A stretch of 64,000 nt of DNA, from assembly GCA_963737065.1 (NCBI GenBank), contig CAVTRC010000002.1:416001-480000 (forward strand). The letters run 5' to 3'. Within the stretch, counting starts at the first letter, position 1; the number at the start of each line of letters is the position of its first letter. A program made the position numbers and the translations under genes. The notes beneath the pieces are model-generated. The model was not told where the DNA came from, did not search any database, and was given only the letters and a program-made list of their open reading frames with translations. Below are positions 32,345 to 42,777 of the stretch, one piece after another. The stretch comes from Candidatus Eremiobacteria bacterium. GTDB lineage: Bacteria > Vulcanimicrobiota > Vulcanimicrobiia > Vulcanimicrobiales > Vulcanimicrobiaceae.

Positions 32345-33142
32345 ATGACACGGTTAGTAGCCTTCGATTTGGACGGCACGCTTATCGGACGCGATCTCGT
32401 TCTGCGGCCGCGTGTACGGGAAGCGATCGAGCGTATGCGCGACGCCGGGATTGCCGGATGCATCGTGACCGGGCGCATGTATCGCGCCGCGGTGCCGTAC
32501 GCTCGTGAACTTCGTTTCGATGCGCCGGTCGTCTGCTATCAGGGCGCGGCGATCATCGACCCGCAAAGCGATAATGTGCTGCGCGACGTGCCGATCGGCG
32601 TCGACACGGTAGCCGCGATCGTCGACGCGGTGCAGCGCGACCGCATGCACCTCCAACTTTATCGTAACGATGAATACTACTGCGAACACCGCAACCGTTT
32701 CTCCGACCTTTATGCGTCACTTTCCGGAGCAGAACCGGTCGTCGTTCCATCGTTGCGCGAAGCGTTTGCCTTCAGTCCCGCGACCAAAGCGGTCGTCATC
32801 GATGATCCGCAAAGCGCGGCCGCATACGTCGCGCGTCTTCAGGAGACGCTCGGCGATGCCGTCTACGTAACGCGAAGCTATCCGGAGTTCGTTGAGATTC
32901 TCAATCCCGGCGTCGACAAGGGCGCCGCAATACGCTTCGTCGCGCGGCATCTCGGGATCGACATGACCGATGTCGCGGCGATCGGCGATTCATGGAACGA
33001 TGCACCGCTGTTGCAAGCGGCGGGATTCGGCATCGCGATGGGTTCGGCTCCGGAGGAGCTTCTGCGGATCGCGCACGGTGTTGTTGCCGATGTGAGCCGC
33101 GACGGGGTTGCCGAAGCGATCGATCGGTACGTGCTCGCGTGA
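32345..33142 (+). CDS. Cof-type HAD-IIB hydrolase
   Basis: DLDGTL, TGR, VDKG, IGDSWND, AMG. Confidence 0.93.
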   Translation: MTRLVAFDLDGTLIGRDLVLRPRVREAIERMRDAGIAGCIVTGRMYRAAVPYARELRFDAPVVCYQGAAIIDPQSDNVLRDVPIGVDTVAAIVDAVQRDRMHLQLYRNDEYYCEHRNRFSDLYASLSGAEPVVVPSLREAFAFSPATKAVVIDDPQSAAAYVARLQETLGDAVYVTRSYPEFVEILNPGVDKGAAIRFVARHLGIDMTDVAAIGDSWNDAPLLQAAGFGIAMGSAPEELLRIAHGVVADVSRDGVAEAIDRYVLA

Positions 33143-33891
33143 GCCGCCCGATTCCGCGGCGGCGGAAGAAGACGGCCGCCGCGCGACTGCGTCCGTTTTG
33201 GTTTCTCTGGCTGCTGCTTTTCGTGCTTGCAGCATGCGGAATGTATTTTTTCGTCACTTGGCCGGCACTGCGCCCCCACGCGGTGCTCGTCGAAGGCAAT
33301 CGCATCGTACCGAAAAGCGCAATCCTCGCGGCCGCGCGAGTGAATCCGCATACCAACATGTGGCTGCAAGACACGCGCGCAATGGCACGGCGTATCGAAG
33401 CGATTCCCTACATCGAAACGGCAGCGGTGCATCGCCGGCCGCCGGCAACGCTTGCCATCCGCGTGAGCGAACGCGTGCCGTTTGCGCGACTGATCGCAGG
33501 CGGCGGAACCGTTATCGTCGATCGCGACCTGCGTGTGCTTCAAAACGCGGAAGCTTCGTTTGACGCGCTTCCCGCGTTCGTCGTGAGAACGCTCCAGGCG
33601 CCCGCTGCGGGGACGACGCTGTCCGACTCGCCGCTGGTCGCCCTTCGCAATGATGAAGAGGCGCTAGCGATCGCGCATCTCGCCGCCTCGAGGCTGGAGC
33701 ACGATAAATTCGGCGACCTCACCGTCACGCTCGACAACGGCGTTCGCGTGCTCTTCGGCGATGAAAACGAGCTCGGCAAGAAGCTCGCGCTCGTGGAACC
33801 GATCCTCACGCAGGTCGGTAAAGCAGGACGCCCAATCGCTGCGATCGACCTACGCGCCCCGAACACGCCCGTGGTCGTCTATAAGAAGTAA
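33139..33891 (+). CDS. ftsQ: Cell division protein FtsQ/DivIB
   Basis: Basic N-terminus, single TM helix, POTRA (VEGN...P.I..A.V.RRPP.TL.I.V.ER.P), C-terminal IDLR. Confidence 0.88.
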   Translation: MSRPIPRRRKKTAAARLRPFWFLWLLLFVLAACGMYFFVTWPALRPHAVLVEGNRIVPKSAILAAARVNPHTNMWLQDTRAMARRIEAIPYIETAAVHRRPPATLAIRVSERVPFARLIAGGGTVIVDRDLRVLQNAEASFDALPAFVVRTLQAPAAGTTLSDSPLVALRNDEEALAIAHLAASRLEHDKFGDLTVTLDNGVRVLFGDENELGKKLALVEPILTQVGKAGRPIAAIDLRAPNTPVVVYKK

Positions 33892-33912
33892 GAAGCGAGG
33901 CGCCCGCGCGAC

Positions 33913-34203
33913 TCAATGACTGGTGAGGTCTAAGTACACCATCACTTGGCCTTTGATCAAGGACAACTTCACTTGATCCCCGGGCTTGATCTTGGTGAAG
34001 TCCACGGTCTGACGGCCGGTGGAAAGCGTCGCTTCGGAACCGTTGTCCATCGAAACGTCGATGTGCTTGTCATCGATCACTTTGTTGACTTTGACCGTGT
34101 ACGTGCCGTCGGGAATCAGCGATGGGTCGATCATCGCGGCAAGAACCGTTGAGGGAACCGCAAGGGACGCGATGAGCGCGAGGGCCGAAAGAGTCTTGTG
34201 CAC
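33913..34203 (-). CDS. Small exported hypothetical protein (beta-rich)
   Basis: GGAG SD before GTG 34203, signal peptide ending VLA, KPGDQVKL motif. Confidence 0.75.
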   Translation of the reverse strand: MHKTLSALALIASLAVPSTVLAAMIDPSLIPDGTYTVKVNKVIDDKHIDVSMDNGSEATLSTGRQTVDFTKIKPGDQVKLSLIKGQVMVYLDLTSH

Positions 34204-34240
34204 GGGCTTCTCCACTACTAAAGTCTGAACCGATCGATTT

Positions 34241-36349
34241 TTACGATGATAGCGCAAGCGCGTTCGAATCATCTAGTGCCGTTTTTGTGCCACTTGGACT
34301 ATCTTCGAGGGCCATTTGGCCTGTACGGAACTGCCCGACCATCTCCTTGAGCTGCGTTGCCTCGGACTGCACGTCATCCGCGCTGTTCGTCATGCTCGCG
34401 ATGGCGGCGGAATTCTGATTGCCGAGCTCGGTCGAGTATTGGATGTGCGTTCCGAGCGCTTGGATTGCCGTCTGTTGCTCGGTTGAGGACCTAGCTACTT
34501 GCGCGGTGCGATCCTCGATTTCGGAGACGCTCTCGAGAATCTGATTCGACGTGAGTGCTTGCTCGCGCATCGTTGCGGCTGCTTCGTGGGTCATCGCTCC
34601 CATTTGCTCGCTCGCTCGCGCGAGTTCTTCCGAAGCGCGTGCTTGCTCTGTGGTTGCGACCGAGATCTCCGAGACGAGTTGCGCGACTTCGGTTACGCGC
34701 GTGCTGATCGTCTCGATCATCTGCGTAACGGTGCGAGCCGATTCCGCATTGTTTTGCACGAGCGAGTTCGCGCGGGCTGTTCGCTCGAGCACCGCCGACG
34801 TGCGGCGTTGAATGTCGGCGACCAGCTGGCCGATTTGTTTCGTGGAGCTCGCCGAGTTTTCGGCGAGTTTGCGCACCTCGTCCGCGACAACGGCAAACCC
34901 GCGCCCGTGTTCACCGGCGCGCGCCGCTTCGATCGCCGCGTTGAGCGCGAGGAGATTCGTCTGATCCGCGATTTCTTCGATGAGGCCGAGAATCTCGCCG
35001 ATCTGCCGCGATGCTCCGTCGAGACTCTGCATCTCGGTGACCACGTCCTTCACCGTGTCGCTGATCGAACCCATACCCTTCGAAAGAGCGAGTACCTCGT
35101 TGCGACCTTCGCGCACTTGCTGATCGGTGACATTTGACTCCGAACGCACACGGTCTGCGTTGCCCGCGACTTGCACGATCGATGCAGACATCTCTTGCGT
35201 GTTCGCAACGGCCTGTTCGACGACCGTCGCGAGGGTCAGCAGATTTTGATCCATCTCTTGGATCGACGCGGTCATTTGCGCAACGGCGCTCGAGATGTCG
35301 GAAACTCGGCGCGCCACCGCTTCCGCGTTGTCGGCGACGGCGCCCGCGGTACCGGCGAGATCGCTTGAATAATCCGACGCTTGCGACAGTGCGGCGAGCT
35401 CTTCTTTGACGCGGTCGTCCACTTCGACGGCGAGGCGGTTGCTTTGACCCGACGCTTGTTGCACGGTAATCGTCGCGCGTTGGATGCGTCCGATGACTCC
35501 CGAGATGCGGTCGGCGAAATCGTCGATCGCGTTGCCGAGGCGTCCGAGAAGATCGGCGCCATGCCAGTTGATGCGTCGGGAAAGATCGCCGTTGCCCATC
35601 GCTTCGAAGATCTCCACGCATTCGCCGATGCTGCGCAGCACGATCGAGCGAAGCCAACCCATCGCGAGCAGCGCAATGGCGATCGATGCCGCAAGACCCG
35701 CGCCGAGCGCCATCAGCGCGAAATTACGCGCCTGAACCAGCCGCTGATAACGGTCCGACGCGAGGGTAGTCAGCGCATCGAGCATTGACTGACCGTCTTT
35801 GCTTTGCTTCTCGTACGCGGTGCCCGACGGGCCGTTGATCTGCGCCAGCGCCTCTCTGTTTTTTCCTTGCTGGAGCAAGCTCACCGCGGAAAGCGCTTGG
35901 AAGTCATACGCGCTCGCGCTCGTGCCGAACGTGTCGACGAGCGAACCGATTTGCTTGGCGATTTCGTCCTTCGCTTGCGCGCACTGGCTCGACGAAAGAT
36001 CCGAATCTTTCGCGTCCTTGTCGAGGGGGCAGAAAATGTTCGTCATCGTGCGGGCGTCGTCGGGAAACTGTTTGACGAGCGTTTTCGCCTGTGCAAGTTG
36101 CGCGGCGGCAACGGTCTTGTCGTTCGCGGTCGCCGCCTGCAGCGTCGCGGCGCGTAACGTGTCGGCATCGCCGGCGACCTTCGCGTACGCGAGTTGCCCC
36201 GCGATGACGCGCTTATCGAGGACTTCGGCTTGCGTCGTGATGCCGTTCATTGCCCAGATCATCACAGGGATCAACAACAGCATCACGGCGATCACGAGGC
36301 TAAAAGCAATCGTGAGCGCGCGTTCTAAACTCGTGCGGCGACCTTCCAT
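34241..36349 (-). CDS. Methyl-accepting chemotaxis protein
   Basis: Two TM helices, [42 protein letters not shown]. Confidence 0.96.
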   Translation of the reverse strand: MEGRRTSLERALTIAFSLVIAVMLLLIPVMIWAMNGITTQAEVLDKRVIAGQLAYAKVAGDADTLRAATLQAATANDKTVAAAQLAQAKTLVKQFPDDARTMTNIFCPLDKDAKDSDLSSSQCAQAKDEIAKQIGSLVDTFGTSASAYDFQALSAVSLLQQGKNREALAQINGPSGTAYEKQSKDGQSMLDALTTLASDRYQRLVQARNFALMALGAGLAASIAIALLAMGWLRSIVLRSIGECVEIFEAMGNGDLSRRINWHGADLLGRLGNAIDDFADRISGVIGRIQRATITVQQASGQSNRLAVEVDDRVKEELAALSQASDYSSDLAGTAGAVADNAEAVARRVSDISSAVAQMTASIQEMDQNLLTLATVVEQAVANTQEMSASIVQVAGNADRVRSESNVTDQQVREGRNEVLALSKGMGSISDTVKDVVTEMQSLDGASRQIGEILGLIEEIADQTNLLALNAAIEAARAGEHGRGFAVVADEVRKLAENSASSTKQIGQLVADIQRRTSAVLERTARANSLVQNNAESARTVTQMIETISTRVTEVAQLVSEISVATTEQARASEELARASEQMGAMTHEAAATMREQALTSNQILESVSEIEDRTAQVARSSTEQQTAIQALGTHIQYSTELGNQNSAAIASMTNSADDVQSEATQLKEMVGQFRTGQMALEDSPSGTKTALDDSNALALSS

Positions 36350-36359
36350 ACAAATGGTT

Positions 36360-36386
36360 ATTTCGGCCCACGTGTGTACGGATTTA
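36360..36386 (-). promoter_or_regulatory. Sigma28-type promoter for the MCP gene
   Basis: Minus strand TAAA-N15-GCCGAAAT, 10 nt upstream of ATG 36349. Confidence 0.7.
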
Positions 36387-36419
36387 AGCAGACCAAAGAG
36401 CGGGTACGACCAAGGCGAC

Positions 36420-38309
36420 GTGGACATCACCGGTTTGCACTCGCCCCGGGAGCTCGTCGCGTTGGTCGACAGCCTCCCGATCCCTACGATCGTCGCGCTT
36501 GATCGCCACGTCACGTTGTCGTACGTCAATGTTGCGATGCGGGAACTGCTTGGCATGCCGAGCGACACGGCCATTATTTCCGGCGATGAAGCGCCGTACC
36601 GCTTGGAACGCCATGGACGCGAACTGTCTAAAGAGGAAGAGCCGCTGCACCGGGCCGCGCGGGGTGACGCCGTAAGCGGCGACACGATCGATTTTATCTG
36701 CCGCAGTGGCGACCGCTTCGAAGTGCTCAGCTTCGCGCAGCCGCTTCGAAATGACGACGGCGGCATCGTCGGAGCGGTGGCAAATTTTACCGACGTGACG
36801 GCCGTTCGTCGCGCGGAACGGCGCAGCGCCGAACGTCTCGCATTTCTGACCGCGCTTGGATCGCGGCTTGGTGACGCTCTCTCGGTCGAAAGCGTGTTCA
36901 GCGAACTCGAACGGACGCTCGTTCCACGCTATGCAATTCAGCTCGTCATCCTGCTCGAAGACGAGGAAGGACGCATCGTCGGCGTGCGCGGCGCCGACGC
37001 CGTCGAGGCATGGACGGGCGAGTCGTACGCGCGCCTTCCAATGATCAGTCACGGGCGTGCGATCGGCACGCTGATCGTTCACAAGCGCGAAAGTTTTACA
37101 GCCGACGATCAACAGCTGCTGCACGAAGTCGCGCGTCGCGCTGCAACCGCCGTGCACAACGCGCAACTCTTCGAGCATAACCAGACGGCATCGAAGGTTT
37201 TCCAAGAGGCGCTGTTGCCTGCCAAACTTCCCGCTATCGATGAAATTCGTTTCGATGCCGTCTATGCTGCGGGCGACGATCGCGCGCTGATCGGCGGCGA
37301 TTGGTACGATGCGTTTGCGCTTCCCGACGGGCGCATCGCGGTCTCGATCGGCGATGTCACCGGACGCGGCGTCATCGCCGCCGCGCTGATGGGGAAAGTG
37401 CGCCAGACGATTTCCGGGCTTTCGTTCTATGAGTCCGATCCCGTGAAGTTGCTCGACGTCGCCGAGCTCGCGCTCATTCGCCGCTACCCGGATTCGATTG
37501 TGACCGCGGTGGTCGGCGTCCTCGATCCGGCGAGCGGTGAATTCATTTATGCGACGGCGGGTCATCCGCCGCCGTTCTTACGGCGAGCGGACGGCACCGT
37601 GCTGCGCTTGCCGTGTCACGGCTTACCGCTCGGATTGCGCGCAAACGACGAAGACCGTTCATCGGTGACATTTCGCGTTCTGCCCGGGGACACGCTGTTG
37701 CTCTATACGGACGGCGTCACGGAAGTCGAACACGATCCCGTGCAAGGCGAAGTACGCGTGGCGCAGGCGTTAGCCGCGATGCCCGCCGACTACGAGCACC
37801 CGGCCCGCTTTTTGCAGCGGACGCTTCTTCCACACGGCTCCCCCGATGACGTTGCGCTGCTCTCGCTCACATACGAGCCCGCGCACCTGCCGCGCCGCAA
37901 TGACGTGCTGGAGATCAAATTCGATTCGCGCGACGTGCGAATGGCTCGCGACCTGCGCATCTTTATTTCGCGGTATTTGCGCGCGTACGGTTCGCAAACC
38001 GCAGACTATAATTCGGCGGAACTCGTCATCGGCGAACTCCTCGGCAATGCGGCGCGGCACGCACGCGGACCGATCGAAATCCACATTTCCTGGAACGGCG
38101 AGCATCCGGTCCTCTCGATGCTGGACCAAGGTCCCGCCTACGATCCCGAGCTCGCCACACCAATGGACGTTTACAGCGAGGGTGGGCGCGGATTGTTTCT
38201 GGTCGGACTGCTGACGCGCGCGTTCACCGTCACCCGGCTCTTCGGTGGCGTCAACGAGACGCGCGTCGAGTTGGACGTGCCCCAACGCTTGACCGGCGTA
38301 CCTGCGTAA
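36420..38309 (+). CDS. PAS-GAF-PP2C (SpoIIE)-HATPase signalling protein
   Basis: PAS (YVN.A..ELLG), [41 protein letters not shown]. Confidence 0.92.
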   Translation: MDITGLHSPRELVALVDSLPIPTIVALDRHVTLSYVNVAMRELLGMPSDTAIISGDEAPYRLERHGRELSKEEEPLHRAARGDAVSGDTIDFICRSGDRFEVLSFAQPLRNDDGGIVGAVANFTDVTAVRRAERRSAERLAFLTALGSRLGDALSVESVFSELERTLVPRYAIQLVILLEDEEGRIVGVRGADAVEAWTGESYARLPMISHGRAIGTLIVHKRESFTADDQQLLHEVARRAATAVHNAQLFEHNQTASKVFQEALLPAKLPAIDEIRFDAVYAAGDDRALIGGDWYDAFALPDGRIAVSIGDVTGRGVIAAALMGKVRQTISGLSFYESDPVKLLDVAELALIRRYPDSIVTAVVGVLDPASGEFIYATAGHPPPFLRRADGTVLRLPCHGLPLGLRANDEDRSSVTFRVLPGDTLLLYTDGVTEVEHDPVQGEVRVAQALAAMPADYEHPARFLQRTLLPHGSPDDVALLSLTYEPAHLPRRNDVLEIKFDSRDVRMARDLRIFISRYLRAYGSQTADYNSAELVIGELLGNAARHARGPIEIHISWNGEHPVLSMLDQGPAYDPELATPMDVYSEGGRGLFLVGLLTRAFTVTRLFGGVNETRVELDVPQRLTGVPA

Positions 38310-38317
38310 GGCGTGAT

Positions 38318-40186
38318 TTAATCGCCGCTCAGCGTAACGGGAAGTTCTGCAGAGACACGATTTCCGTCACGTGCGCGCTCGATACGAACCGCGCGCGCAA
38401 GCGCGTTCACGAGAAAGAGTCCGCGTCCGCTTTCGGCGAATGCGTCGACCGTTTCGCGACGTACGGGAATCGGTTCGCCGCGATCGTTCACGTGGAGCGT
38501 CGCGCAGTCGCGGTCTAACTCGAGCGTCACGCTTGCGTACCCTTCGGTATGCCGCGCAACATTTCCGAGCAGTTCGCCGAGGATCAGCTCCACCGACGCG
38601 AGGTCGGACTCGCCGTTTGTATATTGTCCCAAGTGCCAAAGAAACGCGCGTTTCACACGGCGCGCTTCCGATACGGCTTTCGCATCGATCTGCCACGTCC
38701 GCTGGCGGCTCGCGCCCCGCACGCCGAGCTCGGTGACTCCGATGAAGAGAATCGCGGAATCATCGTGGGGTTCGACGGTTGAAAACACACGATTTTGAAT
38801 CGCGAGCGCGATATTCTCCGAGCTGTTATAGTACTCGGCATTGATCGCATCGATGAGCAGCGACACGCCGCGCGAGAAATCGCCACGATAGGTTTCCACG
38901 AGCCCGTCGGTATACAGCACGAGCGCCGAGCCGCTTTCGAGGTGCGTTTCGAATCGCTCGTACCTCGCGTTGCGTTCGACGCCCAGAAGCAGTCCCGAGC
39001 CGGCCAGCATGCCGATCGTGCCGGACGCGCGCACGGTGATCGGCGGCGGATGACCGGCAACGGCATACTGCATCTTGCCGTCGCGCGTGTTGAGGATTCC
39101 AAAAAAGGCAGAGACGACGCCGCTATCTTGGTCGACGATGTTGCGGTTAACGAGCTCGAAAACGGCCGAAGCATCTTGCGTATAGCGTGCCGCCGTTTGA
39201 ATCGATTGACGAACGGTCGCCATCGTGGATGCCGCGTGAAGCCCGTGGCCGGTGACATCGCCCATGCTGATTCCGATCGTTTCATCGCTCAACGTAAAGA
39301 CGTCATACCAGTCGCCGCCGATGTCGGAGCTCGTTGCGGCAGTGTGATACGAGGCGTCGATCCGAATGCCGGCAATTTCGGGAAGCTGCTTCGGAAGAAG
39401 CGCGCGCTGAAGCTGCGTGGAGATCGCCTCTTCGCGGCGCATGCGAATCGTCGTCGACCGGTACAGCGCATCGAGATCGGCGATTTCGTCGTTGCCGTTC
39501 AACGGGACCGTCGTTTCTCCGGCAGCGAGGCGCGTCGCGTTTTCAGCGAGCCGACGAAGCCGGCTGACGATGCGACCGCCGAAGATAAACATCACGAGCG
39601 CGGTGAACACGATGCCGAACACGAGTACGGCAATCAACGTTTGAACGAAAATAGCGCTTTGCGCGCTCAGCGTTTTGAATCGGTCGATCGCGAGCTGCCG
39701 TTCCGAGCGCTCGAAGTCGCTTTGCGTGCGGTGAAAATCGCGCGCACCTTCCTGCACCGCTTTCGACTGTTCGATCGCGCGTTGTTTTCGCGGATTGCCG
39801 GCCGCGCTTGCGACGTTCTGAAAAATCGGCCCGAATTCATCGATCAATTGCGCAAGGTGCTGCGCTCGTCTCTCTTGCGCGGGATTGTCCGAAACTAAAC
39901 GTTCGAGGTTTTCCGCATTGTTGCTGACGGTTGCCAACGCCGTTTTAAGCCGGTCGAGAACGGCAGGCTCGGGGTGACCGACGTACTGCGCGAGCGCCGC
40001 GTCGGCGTCATCGATGCTCGCCGTAATTCCTTGACTTGTCGCGAGTACGTTTTGCGAATGTTGCCCCCAATAGGCGGTCCTCTGAGCATTGCGCACGCTC
40101 AGAACCGCAAAAATAAGGACCAGAAGCAGTACCGTTAGCGGCACTGCGCTCAGCAAAACGGCTTGAGTCCGTATCGATAGGCGCAT
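38318..40186 (-). CDS. Membrane CHASE3-HAMP-PP2C (SpoIIE)-HATPase protein
   Basis: Two TM helices flanking [52 protein letters not shown]. Confidence 0.92.
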   Translation of the reverse strand: MRLSIRTQAVLLSAVPLTVLLLVLIFAVLSVRNAQRTAYWGQHSQNVLATSQGITASIDDADAALAQYVGHPEPAVLDRLKTALATVSNNAENLERLVSDNPAQERRAQHLAQLIDEFGPIFQNVASAAGNPRKQRAIEQSKAVQEGARDFHRTQSDFERSERQLAIDRFKTLSAQSAIFVQTLIAVLVFGIVFTALVMFIFGGRIVSRLRRLAENATRLAAGETTVPLNGNDEIADLDALYRSTTIRMRREEAISTQLQRALLPKQLPEIAGIRIDASYHTAATSSDIGGDWYDVFTLSDETIGISMGDVTGHGLHAASTMATVRQSIQTAARYTQDASAVFELVNRNIVDQDSGVVSAFFGILNTRDGKMQYAVAGHPPPITVRASGTIGMLAGSGLLLGVERNARYERFETHLESGSALVLYTDGLVETYRGDFSRGVSLLIDAINAEYYNSSENIALAIQNRVFSTVEPHDDSAILFIGVTELGVRGASRQRTWQIDAKAVSEARRVKRAFLWHLGQYTNGESDLASVELILGELLGNVARHTEGYASVTLELDRDCATLHVNDRGEPIPVRRETVDAFAESGRGLFLVNALARAVRIERARDGNRVSAELPVTLSGD

Positions 40187-40382
40187 GGACAACTGTAGAC
40201 TTCTTCGGCAGCGTACGCCGATATCCACAGTCCGTCTACGTCTATCCTCAAGGAGAGGCGCTCGCGGTCGCCAAGCCCTCACGATTCCCTGTTCCCGCGC
40301 CCGCTATGTAGTAGGGTTTCGTCAGTACGGCCCCAATATATAGCGGTTAATTGTAGGGAACTGCAGAATAGGTGACCATCGC

Positions 40383-41594
40383 ATGAAGAACGAGACCGTA
40401 TGCGGGCTCGATATCGGCACGACCAAGACCTGTGCGGTCGTCGCCGTCGAAGGTCCAAACGGCCTCGAGATCGTCGGCGTAGGTGAAGCGCCCTCGCTCG
40501 GGATGCGCAAAGGGGTTGTAGTCGACCTCGAGGAGACGATCAAGTCGATTGAAGCGGCGACCGAGAAGGCGGAGCGTATGGCCGGTCTCCACGTCGGCGA
40601 CGTCTACGTCGGCATCACCGGCGAGCACATTCGCAGCACCAACAACCGCGCGGTCGTCGCAACATCCAATGAAGACCGTGAAGTTTCGCACGTCGACGTG
40701 CGGCGCGTCATCGACGCGAGTAAAATCATTAATCTCCCCGCAGACCGGCAAATCATCCATGCGCTGCCGCGCTATTTCACCGTCGACGGACAAGACGGCG
40801 TCGAAGACCCGGTCGGCATGGCGGGCGGCCGCCTCGAGGTCGACACACACCTCATCACGGGCGGCACCACGTTCATTACCAACGTTCTCAAATGCGTGCA
40901 TCGCGCCGGTTTGGAAGCCGCCGGACTCGTGTTCGAACCGCTGGCGAGTTCGGCCGCGACATTGCTGGGTGAAGAGAAGCAGGTCGGTGTCGTTCTGCTC
41001 GATATCGGCGGCGGGACGACGGACATCGCGGTCTACTCACTGGGCAGCGCAATTTTCACCGCGACGATTCCCGTAGGCGGCAACATCCTCACCAGTGACA
41101 TTTCACTCGGTTTGAAAACGTCGCTTGCGCAAGCGGAGGACGTGAAGAAGCAGTACGGCGCGGGCGTCGACGGCGAGCGCACCTTCACCGTGCACGGCTT
41201 GGACGGTCGCACGACGAAGGAAGTGACGACGCAGCAACTACGCCAGATCGTCGTGCCGCGCGTATTGGAAACGCTGCGGATGTCGAGGCAAAAGATCGTC
41301 GAAAACGTTCCGCGCGATTTAGTGCTCGGCGAAGTCGTCATCACCGGCGGCGGTTCGCTCTTGCCGGGCTTGAGCCCGATCGCGGAAGACGTGTTCGGGT
41401 TGCCGACGCGCGTCGGTACTCCGTCCACGATGAGCGGACTTACCGAGAGCATGAGCCAGCCGCAATATGCCACCGCCATCGGCTTGGTACTTTTCGGCGC
41501 GAATGGCGAAATGGAACAGAGTAACGGCCACCGTCGCGGCGGCGGCGCGATTGCGACCAAAATTCGAAACTGGTTTGCGGACCTTTGGAACTAA
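40383..41594 (+). CDS. ftsA: Cell division protein FtsA
   Basis: GLDIGTTK, GMRKGVVVDLE, DIGGGTTD, ITGGG, C-terminal amphipathic WF. Confidence 0.97.
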   Translation: MKNETVCGLDIGTTKTCAVVAVEGPNGLEIVGVGEAPSLGMRKGVVVDLEETIKSIEAATEKAERMAGLHVGDVYVGITGEHIRSTNNRAVVATSNEDREVSHVDVRRVIDASKIINLPADRQIIHALPRYFTVDGQDGVEDPVGMAGGRLEVDTHLITGGTTFITNVLKCVHRAGLEAAGLVFEPLASSAATLLGEEKQVGVVLLDIGGGTTDIAVYSLGSAIFTATIPVGGNILTSDISLGLKTSLAQAEDVKKQYGAGVDGERTFTVHGLDGRTTKEVTTQQLRQIVVPRVLETLRMSRQKIVENVPRDLVLGEVVITGGGSLLPGLSPIAEDVFGLPTRVGTPSTMSGLTESMSQPQYATAIGLVLFGANGEMEQSNGHRRGGGAIATKIRNWFADLWN

Positions 41595-41697
41595 TGGATT
41601 CGGCTGCGCCGAACTCAGTGGCGGTGGGGGCTTCGCCCCAATCCGCTGAGGCAAAATGAGACCTAAGCAACTGGCACTTGAGGAGCAGGTAACGCAC

Positions 41698-42774
41698 ATG
41701 GCAGACGCACGACGCTTTCAACCCGAACATGCCGCGGCGATCAAAGTGATCGGCGTTGGCGGCGGCGGCTGCAATGCCGTCAATCGCATGATCGATGCCG
41801 GCCTCACCGGCGTCGATTTCTTCGCCGTCAACAGCGACGTGCAGGCGCTGCGCAATTCGCTCACCGAGAACACGGTGCATATCGGCAACGGTATGACGCG
41901 CGGTCTCGGTGCCGGCGCGAATCCGACGCTTGGGCGCGAAGCCGCCGAAGAATCGCGCGAAGACCTCGCGTTGGTCCTCGACGGCGCGGATCTCGTCTTC
42001 ATCACGGCGGGTATGGGCGGTGGCACCGGTAGCGGCGCGGCTCCCGTCATTGCCGAGATCGCGCGCGAATCCGGCGCGCTCACGATTGCCGTCGTGACGA
42101 AGCCGTTCGCGTTCGAAGGACGCAAGCGCATGCAGACGGCTGAACACTCGATCGCGGAACTCGAATCAAAGGTCGACACGCTGATTACGATTCCGAACGA
42201 GCGCATTTTGCAGGTGATCGAAAAGCGCACGCCGCTGAACGAAGCATTCGCATACGCGGACGATGTGCTGCGTCAGGGCATTCAAGGCATCAGCGATCTC
42301 ATCACGCAGCCGGGGTTGATCAATCTCGATTTCGCCGACGTGAAGACCATTATGACCGATGCCGGTTCGGCGATGATGGGCATCGGCGAAGGCTCGGGCG
42401 AACATCGCGCCGCCGATGCTGCGCAAAAGGCCATTGCATCGCCCCTGCTCGAGACGACGATTGAAGGCGCGCGCGGCGTGATCTTCAACATCACGGGCGG
42501 TCCGGACATGGCGATGTACGAAGTCAATGAAGCAGCGGAGATGATCGCGCGCAGCGTGGATTCCGACGCGCAAATCATCTTCGGCGCATCGATCGATCCA
42601 AGCATGTCGGGTAAAGTGCGCGTTACCGTGCTCGCAGCCGGTTTCGGCGCACCGCGCTCCTATCGCCCCACGATTTCGGCAAGCAACACATTCGACAACG
42701 GTAAAATCGACACAGTTTCGCCCGTGAACATGGACGACATCGACGTCCCGGCATTTCTTCGCTACCGCGGATAG
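41698..42774 (+). CDS. ftsZ: Cell division protein FtsZ (alternative in-frame ATG at 41656)
   Basis: [45 protein letters not shown] precedes 41698. Confidence 0.98.
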   Translation: MADARRFQPEHAAAIKVIGVGGGGCNAVNRMIDAGLTGVDFFAVNSDVQALRNSLTENTVHIGNGMTRGLGAGANPTLGREAAEESREDLALVLDGADLVFITAGMGGGTGSGAAPVIAEIARESGALTIAVVTKPFAFEGRKRMQTAEHSIAELESKVDTLITIPNERILQVIEKRTPLNEAFAYADDVLRQGIQGISDLITQPGLINLDFADVKTIMTDAGSAMMGIGEGSGEHRAADAAQKAIASPLLETTIEGARGVIFNITGGPDMAMYEVNEAAEMIARSVDSDAQIIFGASIDPSMSGKVRVTVLAAGFGAPRSYRPTISASNTFDNGKIDTVSPVNMDDIDVPAFLRYRG

Positions 42775-42777
42775 TCC

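Noticed and set aside
35799..36766. Apparent long overlap of the MCP and PP2C ORFs on opposite strands
   Set aside because: An artefact of longest-ORF calling. Domain boundaries and promoters place the starts at 36349 (-) and 36420 (+).
40196..40229. GCCGAAGA/GCCGATAT boxes upstream of the CHASE3 gene and ftsA
   Set aside because: No TAAA-like -35 at 15-16 nt spacing on either strand.
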